From Xylanibacter ruminicola 23 (GTDB lineage: Bacteria; Bacteroidota; Bacteroidia; Bacteroidales; Bacteroidaceae), in the NCBI RefSeq assembly GCF_000025925.1, contig NC_014033.1, positions 1,620,001-1,652,000 of the forward strand: DNA of 32,000 nucleotides. The letters run 5' to 3'. Below the pieces are notes generated by a model, which saw nothing but the letters and a program-made list of their open reading frames with translations, made no database searches and was not told the DNA's origin. The number at the start of each line of letters is the position of its first letter. Position 1 is the first letter of the stretch. Positions 16,753-24,765 of this stretch are shown here, piece after piece. The position numbers were made by a program, and so were the translations under genes.

Positions 16753-17952
16753 ATGATAGGTGTTGTATATCTTGGCAGCAATCCCAAGACCGAGGAACGA
16801 TTAAGGTACATCCCCGGTCGATTGGTGCAGTACACAAGAAATTACAAGGATGCGGCATCAGCGTGTTCAACGCATGTCCGTAACGAGCATTTTATCGTGT
16901 TTTACGAACAGGGCGAGCAAGACGCAGATATTAACGCCATCAACTATTTAAAGAAAAAGAATAAGCACATCTATATTATTCTGCTCACCAAGGAACTTAC
17001 TGCAGAGAACCGTTCGGTTTACCAAAAGAGTGGTATCAACGACACCCTCGATTGTAACGCTTCTATTACAGAACTTAATAAGAAGATTCAGTTTATTTCC
17101 GACCGTGAGAATATGCTGTTCGATGATCAGCAGCCTAAATACAGAATGTTACGTTTCAAGATTCCTCTTTGGAAGAGAGTCTTCGATGTACTATTCGCTA
17201 TCATCGCACTCATTCTTACCTCTCCCATCTTCATACTCACGGCTATCGCCATCCGTTTGGAGAGTAAAGGTCCGGTTATCTTCAAGTCAAAGCGTGTAGG
17301 TGCCAACTATACCATCTTTAACTTCTTGAAGTTCCGCTCCATGTATCAGGATGCCGAAGAGCGTCTGAAGGAGGTTGCTAAGGAAGCTGGCAACCAATAT
17401 GCAGAAATGAGCAAAAAGGCAGAAAAAACGCCTATGTCAATGCCCGATTTCGGCATGGGTGGCAACATGATGATTAGCGATGATACCGACATGATGATTG
17501 CTGACGACGAGGTCATGCTGGTTGGCGACGATTTTGTGATTTCCGAGACCGACTACAGCAAAGAGAAGAAAGAAGAAATCGATAACGCATTCGTTAAGAT
17601 TGAGAACGACCCACGCGTTACTAAGGTGGGCAAGTTCATCCGTAAATTCAGCATCGACGAGCTGCCTCAGCTTTTCAATATCCTCAAGGGAGATATGTCA
17701 GTGGTTGGCAACCGTCCTCTCCCACTCTATGAGGCCGAGAAGCTCACCATCGATACCAGTATCGACCGCTTTATGGCCCCCGCAGGTCTCACCGGCCTTT
17801 GGCAGGTTGAGGAGCGCGGCAAGGGTGGTATGATGTCAGCCGAGGAGCGCAAGCAACTCGATATCAAGTACGGCCAGACATATAATTTCTGGTTGGATAT
17901 GAAGATCCTGTTCCGTACTTTCTTTGCCTTCGTACAGAAGGAGAATGTATAA
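16753..17952 (+). CDS. Initiating phosphoglycosyl transferase (Bac_transf / PglC-WbaP type) with N-terminal pseudo-receiver-like domain and an internal acidic/Met-rich insertion
   Basis: The C-terminal half has KRVFDVLFAIIALILTSPIF...GPVIFKSKRVG...FKFRSM...NDPRVTKVGKFIRKFSIDELPQLFNILKGDMSVVGNRP. The first 130 aa or so follow a beta-alpha receiver pattern (IYIILLT, GINDTL) but lack the acidic pocket. Confidence 0.9.
   Translation: MIGVVYLGSNPKTEERLRYIPGRLVQYTRNYKDAASACSTHVRNEHFIVFYEQGEQDADINAINYLKKKNKHIYIILLTKELTAENRSVYQKSGINDTLDCNASITELNKKIQFISDRENMLFDDQQPKYRMLRFKIPLWKRVFDVLFAIIALILTSPIFILTAIAIRLESKGPVIFKSKRVGANYTIFNFLKFRSMYQDAEERLKEVAKEAGNQYAEMSKKAEKTPMSMPDFGMGGNMMISDDTDMMIADDEVMLVGDDFVISETDYSKEKKEEIDNAFVKIENDPRVTKVGKFIRKFSIDELPQLFNILKGDMSVVGNRPLPLYEAEKLTIDTSIDRFMAPAGLTGLWQVEERGKGGMMSAEERKQLDIKYGQTYNFWLDMKILFRTFFAFVQKENV
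17467..17553 (+). repeat. In-frame 24-nt tandem repeats encoding MMISDDTD / MMIADDEV / MLVGDDFV / ISETD inside the PGT gene
   Basis: Read directly from the sequence: ATGATGATTAGCGATGATACCGAC, ATGATGATTGCTGACGACGAGGTC, ATGCTGGTTGGCGACGATTTTGTG. Confidence 0.7.
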
Positions 17953-17968
17953 CTAAATCCCTATTGAA

Positions 17969-18976
17969 ATGAACAGATTCAGACGACTGATATTCATTTT
18001 TGCAGCAGCTATAACCAGCACTACAGCCCTCGCCCAATTCAACGAGAGCGGTATCAGTGCAGGTTTCTTTGATTCTAGCAACGAAAAAGACATCAACTTT
18101 TCTGAATTCCACTTGCCTCCATTGTCGGTCTTGTTTGAAAATGCAAAAACAAGTCCACAGATATTATCGCTGGAAAAAGCACGTCAATTAGCAGAAGCAG
18201 AGGTGGCCAAACAAAAAAGACATATTTTTTCCTATATAACGGGGCACGCCAGTTATAGTTTTGGCATGGCAGATATGTATGGCAACAATTCATCAGCTTA
18301 CAGTCCTGTCATTTACCAATACCAAGGCACTCAACAAAGTTATTGGAATGTTGGTGTTAATTTGGCGATTCCCGTTGAAGACATTTTAGACCTGACAGCC
18401 GCAGTAAAACGAAAAAGGCTTGAAGCAGAGAAAGTAAATATTGAAAAAGATATATTATACGATCAAATCAAGCAGCAAATTGGTGCATTATTTGTAAAAA
18501 TCACAAACAACTTAGTCACACTTAAAACTCTTGGCGAATCGGCTGCAGCCTACCAAGGTGCAGGCGCTCTAAATAAGGAAGATTTTGAGAATGGCAACCT
18601 AGAAATTCAGTCGTATGCAGAAACCAAAAGATTTGAGAGTAGCCAGGTAACTGGTTATCAAAATCTTCAAACAGAGATTATCACCGATATTATTACACTT
18701 GAAATCCTGACGCATACACCAATCATCACGAACGCAACTACTGAAATTACACTCGACAAAAGTATCAACAAAACTGCAAAAGAAATTGCCAAAGAAAACA
18801 AGGTCACAGAGAAACGTATTAAAAAGTTAGAAAAAGAAGACAAAGAAAAAGAAATTAAATTAGAAAAGCAATTAGCCAAGGCTGAGGCAAAAGCTGCGAA
18901 AGCGGATCTCAAAGCGGCTAAAGCTGAGGCGAAGGCGTCTAAAGCTGCTAAAAAAGCTGCAAAAAAAACAAAATAA
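17969..18976 (+). CDS. Secreted coiled-coil protein, short TolC/OEP-like, with Lys/Ala-rich C-terminal tail
   Basis: It has a signal peptide (MNRFRRLIFIFAAAITSTTALAQ) and OEP-like helical segments (LSLEKARQLAEAEVAKQKR). The last 70 aa or so are KEKE then a KAEAKAAKADLKAAKAEAKASKAAKKAAKK tail. The functional call is tentative. Confidence 0.55.
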   Translation: MNRFRRLIFIFAAAITSTTALAQFNESGISAGFFDSSNEKDINFSEFHLPPLSVLFENAKTSPQILSLEKARQLAEAEVAKQKRHIFSYITGHASYSFGMADMYGNNSSAYSPVIYQYQGTQQSYWNVGVNLAIPVEDILDLTAAVKRKRLEAEKVNIEKDILYDQIKQQIGALFVKITNNLVTLKTLGESAAAYQGAGALNKEDFENGNLEIQSYAETKRFESSQVTGYQNLQTEIITDIITLEILTHTPIITNATTEITLDKSINKTAKEIAKENKVTEKRIKKLEKEDKEKEIKLEKQLAKAEAKAAKADLKAAKAEAKASKAAKKAAKKTK

Positions 18977-18993
18977 ACGAACATTATAAAGCT

Positions 18994-21171
18994 ATGGATT
19001 TATTCAGATATATTGTCAGATTTCTATACAAAATTAGATGGTATCTCATCATCCTGCCAATGATTGCATTGGTAATAGCTTGGTTTTCCACACGTGATAT
19101 GGAGCGAGTGTATGATACGAATACCACCATATATACTGGTATGATTACGGGTTACAATTTGGAAGGAGGAACTGGTGCCGCTGGTGGACAGTCACAAATA
19201 AACATCACAAACCTGATGTTGTTGATTACAACCGACGCTACTATTCATGAGGTTTCATTACGCTTATTTGCCCGCTGCATGATGTACGGTAACCCAAATA
19301 AAGATAACAACTATATATCAGCAGAGCATTTCCGTATGCTGCAGAACAGTGTTCCTGTCGAGGTGAAGGCACTCATCAATCACAACAGCGAGAATGCAAC
19401 ATATGCAAACCTAAAAGCCTACGAACGTCCTTCAGCAGACAATTATGTATTTGGCATCACTAATTATCATCCTTATTTTGGAATTGATGCCATTACAAGC
19501 CGCTTAAAAGTAATTCAACTACAAAAAAGTGATATTATCGATATTGGCTACACCGCAAATGATCCAGGTATAGCATATAACACTTTGGATATCTTAAATG
19601 AAGTATTTGCCCGCCAATACGGATTATTGCGTTATGGCGAAACTAACAATGTTATTAAGTTTTTTGAACGTGAGGTAGCTCGTTTATATCGCATCCTGAC
19701 AAATGCCGAAGACGACTTAATTCGCTACAACATTGAAAAACGTATCATCAATTATGCAGAGCAAACAAAACAGTTATCTTCATTAGATGCAAACCAGAAA
19801 TTATCTGACAACGATTTAATTATTAACAAAACAACAACACGTGCGTTAATGAATTATTTAGAGCGCCAACTTGGTGACAGAGCAAAAGTTATTAAAGCCA
19901 ACAGAGACTTCACTAATCAAGTTACAGATATTTCTCGCATACAATCACGCATATCCAACCTAAAGCTTATGAATAGTGAAGGAGGAGGAAATGAAGTTGA
20001 ATCACAGCTTGAGCTTGCCAAAGCAGAAAAAATGCTTCAAAACGCATCCAATAATGTCAGAAATTTGGTAAAAGACATTGAAGCAGGCAACTATAATACA
20101 GAGTCAGGAGTTAAAGCCAGTGACATGGTAGGCAGATGGTTAGATCAGGTATTGTTACTTGAAAAAGCCAAAGCTCAAGAAACAGCTCAAGATATCATGC
20201 GTGAAAAATTGGACAATGAGATTCTCTATTATGCACCTATTGGAGCAACGATAGCGCGTAAAGATCGTCACATTGCGTTTATAGAAGGTAACTATATGGA
20301 GATGTTAAAAGCGTTGAATTCTGCACGCCTACGCCAAAAGAACTTACAGATGTCAACAGCCACATTGCGTGTTCTGAATCCTCCAATGTTCCCGATGAAT
20401 GCGCAGCCAACTAATCGCTCGATGGTATTGTTAGGAGCATTCATGCTGACCTTTATGTTTACAGCCATGTATTTCTTTATTATAGAGTTGCTCGACCGTA
20501 CACTACGCGACCGTATGCGTTCTGAGCTTATTACTAAAATTCCTGTTATGGGGTGCTTTCCGAAAGAAAGCAACCTGCGTTATCGACGATTCAACAAAAC
20601 CATTGCAGATATGGCACTTCGACAGCTCAGCAAGGCCTTACTTCCTCATTTTGAAGAGGGTAAGCAGAATGTGCTCAATCTAATTTCTACAGATGCAGCT
20701 AATGGTAAGAGCTATATAGCCCAAGAGTTGGAGAACTACTGGATTTCGATAGGTCTTCAAGTACGTCGTATCACCTACGATGAAGATTACTTAGCAGAAG
20801 ACAGCCGCTTTATTATGGCCAAAGATATTAAAGACATCTGTCCAGACTTGTTACCTAACGAGATTGCCATCGTCGAGTATCCAAACTTGGACGACAATTC
20901 CATTCCGTCATCACTGCTTAATATGGGAACAGTGAATTTAATGGTCACCCGTGCAAACCGAACGTGGAAAGATGTTGACCAAAAAGCATTAAAAGAGCTG
21001 AATGAACGATTGGAGAATAAAAATTCGCTCTTTATGTATTTGACAGAATGTCAACGCTATGCAGTAGAAGAATTTGTTGGTCAATTACCACCATACACAG
21101 GATTTAACAATTTCGTATATCGCATGTCGCAGATGGGATTGACTGCAGTAGAAAATAGTCATGCAAAATAA
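18994..21171 (+). CDS. Polysaccharide co-polymerase (Wzz/GumC-type) fused to a BY-kinase-like P-loop domain lacking a Tyr-rich tail
   Basis: 725 aa. It has an N-terminal TM, a long coiled periplasmic region, and a second TM (LLGAFMLTFMFTAMYFFIIELL). The cytoplasmic domain has ISTDAANGKSYIA (Walker A-like) and IAIVEYPNL (Walker B-like, with Glu in place of Asp). Confidence 0.8.
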   Translation: MDLFRYIVRFLYKIRWYLIILPMIALVIAWFSTRDMERVYDTNTTIYTGMITGYNLEGGTGAAGGQSQINITNLMLLITTDATIHEVSLRLFARCMMYGNPNKDNNYISAEHFRMLQNSVPVEVKALINHNSENATYANLKAYERPSADNYVFGITNYHPYFGIDAITSRLKVIQLQKSDIIDIGYTANDPGIAYNTLDILNEVFARQYGLLRYGETNNVIKFFEREVARLYRILTNAEDDLIRYNIEKRIINYAEQTKQLSSLDANQKLSDNDLIINKTTTRALMNYLERQLGDRAKVIKANRDFTNQVTDISRIQSRISNLKLMNSEGGGNEVESQLELAKAEKMLQNASNNVRNLVKDIEAGNYNTESGVKASDMVGRWLDQVLLLEKAKAQETAQDIMREKLDNEILYYAPIGATIARKDRHIAFIEGNYMEMLKALNSARLRQKNLQMSTATLRVLNPPMFPMNAQPTNRSMVLLGAFMLTFMFTAMYFFIIELLDRTLRDRMRSELITKIPVMGCFPKESNLRYRRFNKTIADMALRQLSKALLPHFEEGKQNVLNLISTDAANGKSYIAQELENYWISIGLQVRRITYDEDYLAEDSRFIMAKDIKDICPDLLPNEIAIVEYPNLDDNSIPSSLLNMGTVNLMVTRANRTWKDVDQKALKELNERLENKNSLFMYLTECQRYAVEEFVGQLPPYTGFNNFVYRMSQMGLTAVENSHAK

Positions 21172-22709
21172 TGGTTAATAAAGTTTATTCTAACAGAATA
21201 TCTGAATATACCCATGAGAATGGAGGAAGGGTACTCATACTCTTTCTCTTGTTTTTGCTTGTAATTTATTCATTTCTCAATTATGGTTTCGGTGCATTTA
21301 CAGTAGTGTGCTGCGTACCAATTTTGGTAATAATTATACTAGCTACATTTCGCTACAGAATGTTATGTTTTTGGTTGCTTGTAGTCGTCAATTATTTCCT
21401 TCAATGGCATGGTCTTAAGCTTCCGTCAGGCATTCCAATGTCAATGTATAATGAGATGCTTGAAATCATATTATTGGTATTAGTAATAATTGATGCTAAG
21501 GATGCCAAATTAGAGCGTATTACCAATCTTATGCTATTAGGGCTTTTCCTTTGGTGCGGATTTTGCACATTGGAAATTCTTAATAATAGTTGTGGATTAG
21601 GAATAAATGTAGGAGCATGGTATATGGGGACACGCATGATGGCATTTCAGCTACTATATGCATTTCTCACTTTCTCACTTTACATAAAAAATCCCAAAAT
21701 TCTTATACGCTATTTGTTTATTTGGGGAAGCCTAGCTCTTTTCGCTTCATTTTGGATATGGAAACAAGCCAACATTGGTCTCACCCACTCCGAAGAAGTA
21801 TGGCTTTATGGTGCAGGAAGTAATACACATATAATACAAAATGGTACACTAATACGATATTTCTCTATTTTCAGTGATGCAGCCAACTTCGGTATCGGCA
21901 TCGCTTCTACTGCTGTTGCCTTTATTATTTTTGGTATTACCAGCAAAATAAAGAAACATCGTATTATCTTTCTAATCATAGGTTTAGCATCTGCTTGGGC
22001 AATGTTTCCTACTGGTACACGTACAGCTATCGCATGCTTTATTGCAGGTTTTATGGTATATATTTTCCTGTCAAAGTCCGTAAAAATTGCAGTCCCTTTT
22101 ACTGTAATATTTAGCACCTTCGTATTCATCATTGTATTTACTAATATTGGACAAGGCAATCAACAAATTCGTCGAATGCGCTCGGCTTTTAACGATAACG
22201 ATCCTTCTAGTAATGTACGTAAAATAAATCAAGAGGCCATAAAGAGTTATCTAAAAGATGCGCCATGGGGGCTTGGGGTTGGAATATGGAATTCTGGCGG
22301 AATTCCTACTAATAATAAGTTCCATAAGGTCTTTAGTACACCTGCTGATTCTGAATACGTTGGCATTTGGATAAGAACTGGGGTCATCGGACTGACGGTT
22401 TTTCTTATATCTAATGGTATTATGATATTAGGGGCATGTATTATAGTTTTCTTCCGACTGAAGAGCCCATCCCTAAGAGGTATAGGTGCCGGACTAACTT
22501 GTGCTATGATATCACAACAAGTAGGTGGATATGGAAATATGGTGCTATTTCAATTCCCTAATTGCCTTGTATTTTATGGAGGTCTAACTATAGTATATAT
22601 ACTGCCATTTATCGAAAAAGAATGGACAGAATGGGAAAATAAAGAGTTAGCAAAACAAGAAGAAAAGAATAGATTAAAGTTAGAGCAAAAGCTTGCAAAA
22701 CGAGTGTAA
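21171..22709 (+). CDS. O-antigen polymerase / ligase-like (Wzy_C-type) polytopic membrane protein
   Basis: 512 aa with at least 10 predicted TM segments. It has an FPTGTRTAIACFIAGF block typical of the Wzy_C loop. Its start overlaps the previous stop as TAATG. Confidence 0.8.
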   Translation: MVNKVYSNRISEYTHENGGRVLILFLLFLLVIYSFLNYGFGAFTVVCCVPILVIIILATFRYRMLCFWLLVVVNYFLQWHGLKLPSGIPMSMYNEMLEIILLVLVIIDAKDAKLERITNLMLLGLFLWCGFCTLEILNNSCGLGINVGAWYMGTRMMAFQLLYAFLTFSLYIKNPKILIRYLFIWGSLALFASFWIWKQANIGLTHSEEVWLYGAGSNTHIIQNGTLIRYFSIFSDAANFGIGIASTAVAFIIFGITSKIKKHRIIFLIIGLASAWAMFPTGTRTAIACFIAGFMVYIFLSKSVKIAVPFTVIFSTFVFIIVFTNIGQGNQQIRRMRSAFNDNDPSSNVRKINQEAIKSYLKDAPWGLGVGIWNSGGIPTNNKFHKVFSTPADSEYVGIWIRTGVIGLTVFLISNGIMILGACIIVFFRLKSPSLRGIGAGLTCAMISQQVGGYGNMVLFQFPNCLVFYGGLTIVYILPFIEKEWTEWENKELAKQEEKNRLKLEQKLAKRV

Positions 22710-23589
22710 ATTATCCATCATTACTATCAATTACAATGGTTTGAAAGATACCTGCGAATTGATTGATTCAATCCCCTTCAACAACAATCTGGAGGTGATA
22801 GTGGTAGATAATGCCTCAAAAGAAGATGAAGCAAGCATCATCGCTGAGCGAAATCCCCAAGTAAAAGTCATCCGTAGTCCACGTAATCTCGGCTTTGCAG
22901 GTGGTAACAATTTTGGCATTAAGGAGGCTAAAGGAAAGTATATACTCCTTATAAATAACGATACATATTTCAAAGAGTATAATATAGAACAGCTCATTAA
23001 ACGACTAATTTCATCAGACAAAATTGGAATCGTCAGTCCCAAGATCTGTTTTGCATGGGGCAACAATCCCCTTCAGTTTGCAGGCTATACACCTTTATCT
23101 CCAATAACAGTAAGGAATCAAGCCATCGGCTTTGGAGAAGACGATCATGGACAGTACGACATAGCCACCCCAACTCCATATGCTCATGGAGCAGCTATGT
23201 TAATTAAACGTGAGGCCATCAACAAAGTAGGTCTCATGCCCGAATGTTTCTTTCTCTATTACGAGGAACTCGATTGGTCCATGATGTTCACCCGTGCAGG
23301 CTATGAAATTTGGTATGATCCTGCTTGTACCGTTTATCACAAAGAGAGCCAGACAACAGGACAAAACAGCCCACTCCGCACCTATTACATCACTCGCAAT
23401 AGGCTGCTCCTAGTAAAACGTAATTACAAAGGTATTAACAAATATCTCTCATATATATACCTTATAGGAATTGTCGGCCTAAGGGATATCCTAAAATATA
23501 CCATTACACGACAACCAAGTCTCTTTAAAGCAGTACTTAAGGGACTTCGAGATTTTATAAACTCTAAATTCTCATGTCTAAATTCTTAA
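22693..23589 (+). CDS. Family 2 glycosyltransferase (soluble GT-A, rhamnosyl/WbbL-like type)
   Basis: It has KLSIITINYNG, VVDNAS, GFAGGNN, LLINNDT and EELDWS blocks. It requires a TTG start at 22693 that overlaps wzy by 17 nt, because no in-frame ATG precedes the GT2 domain. Confidence 0.88.
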   Translation: MQNECKLSIITINYNGLKDTCELIDSIPFNNNLEVIVVDNASKEDEASIIAERNPQVKVIRSPRNLGFAGGNNFGIKEAKGKYILLINNDTYFKEYNIEQLIKRLISSDKIGIVSPKICFAWGNNPLQFAGYTPLSPITVRNQAIGFGEDDHGQYDIATPTPYAHGAAMLIKREAINKVGLMPECFFLYYEELDWSMMFTRAGYEIWYDPACTVYHKESQTTGQNSPLRTYYITRNRLLLVKRNYKGINKYLSYIYLIGIVGLRDILKYTITRQPSLFKAVLKGLRDFINSKFSCLNS

Positions 23590-23599
23590 TTTGCTAAAT

Positions 23600-24751
23600 A
23601 TGGATTTCTGGATTATATTATATATCATCGATTGGATACTATTTATCCCTGTTGCAGGAACAGTGCTTTATTTGGGCATTTTTTCTGTAGCATCCCTTTT
23701 CAATAGAGATACTATTCAAGATAAAGCAAAAACACAGAACCGTTTTGCAATCATCATACCATCTCACAAGCAGGACAAGGTAATCGAACAGGCAGTTGTA
23801 TCCATCTTAAGCCAAGACTACCCACAACGTCTTTTCGACGTAGTGGTGGTATCTGACCATCAATCTGAGATCACCAACATGCGATTAGCCCAGTATCCTA
23901 TTACCTTGTTAACACCCGATTTCGCAGAAAGCACCAAAGCGAAATCGCTTCAATATGCAATTCTAAAATTGCCAGAATTCAAAATTTATGATATCGCCTT
24001 GGTCTTAGATGCCGACAACATCGTTGAGCAAGACTTCCTGACCAAAGTAAATGATGCCTTCGAAACGGCTGCCACAAAAGCCATCCAGATGCATCGTATT
24101 TCACGAAACAGAGATACTGCAGCTGCCCGTATGGGATCTATCTTCGAGGAAATCAATAATAACATCTTCCGCAAAGGTCATATTAATTTAGGTATCTCTG
24201 CAGCTTTAGCCGGATCTGGTACAGCATATGATTTCACATGGTTCAAAACCAATGTGATGAAAGCCAAGACTGCAGGTGAAGACAAAGAGTTAGAAGCACT
24301 GTTATTAAAGCAAGGCTATTTCATTGATTACTTCGACAACATCCTATTATATGGTGAGAAGAAAAGAACTACCAGTAAAATGAATGAACAACACAGTCGT
24401 TGGACATTACAGCAGATTCAGAATCTGATTAAAAACATCAAATACTTACCTGGTGCAATTTTTAGGAAGCAATACGACTGGGCAGATAAACTCATTCAGT
24501 GGATGCTTATGCCTCGTACCAGCATGATAGGCATTATGATGTTTATGAGCATTCTACTTCCATTTATATATTTAACGCTGGCAGTCAAATGGTGGATTGT
24601 AAGTTCTGCAGTTCTATTCTTTTTTGCATTAGCTACACCCGATTATCTAGTAGACGAGATGTGGGACCGCACATTCCTGCGTTCTCCATTTGTAACATTA
24701 TGGGGAATCATCAGTACAAAATTTTTAAACAAGGAAAAAGAAACCAACTAA
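23600..24751 (+). CDS. Membrane-embedded GT2 with synthase-type motifs (D, DAD, GED, QxxRW = QHSRW), paralog A
   Basis: It has an N-terminal TM, a GT-A core (IIIPSHKQD, VLDADN, GSGTAY, TAGEDKELEA, QHSRW) and C-terminal TMs. The start is set at the ATG at 23600 rather than the TTG at 23591. Confidence 0.8.
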   Translation: MDFWIILYIIDWILFIPVAGTVLYLGIFSVASLFNRDTIQDKAKTQNRFAIIIPSHKQDKVIEQAVVSILSQDYPQRLFDVVVVSDHQSEITNMRLAQYPITLLTPDFAESTKAKSLQYAILKLPEFKIYDIALVLDADNIVEQDFLTKVNDAFETAATKAIQMHRISRNRDTAAARMGSIFEEINNNIFRKGHINLGISAALAGSGTAYDFTWFKTNVMKAKTAGEDKELEALLLKQGYFIDYFDNILLYGEKKRTTSKMNEQHSRWTLQQIQNLIKNIKYLPGAIFRKQYDWADKLIQWMLMPRTSMIGIMMFMSILLPFIYLTLAVKWWIVSSAVLFFFALATPDYLVDEMWDRTFLRSPFVTLWGIISTKFLNKEKETN

Positions 24752-24765
24752 TATATCACGAAATT

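Noticed and set aside
18667-18984. 105-aa Ala/Phe/Leu/Ser-rich ORF on the minus strand
   Set aside because: It is the mirror image of the Lys/Ala/Glu low-complexity tail of the TolC-like gene. Its composition is an artefact of reading GCT/AAA-rich repeats backwards.
24499-24765. N-terminal 89-aa extension of GT2 paralog B in the ORF track
   Set aside because: It overlaps the C-terminal TM region of paralog A in another frame. Paralog B aligns with paralog A starting from the ATG at 24766.
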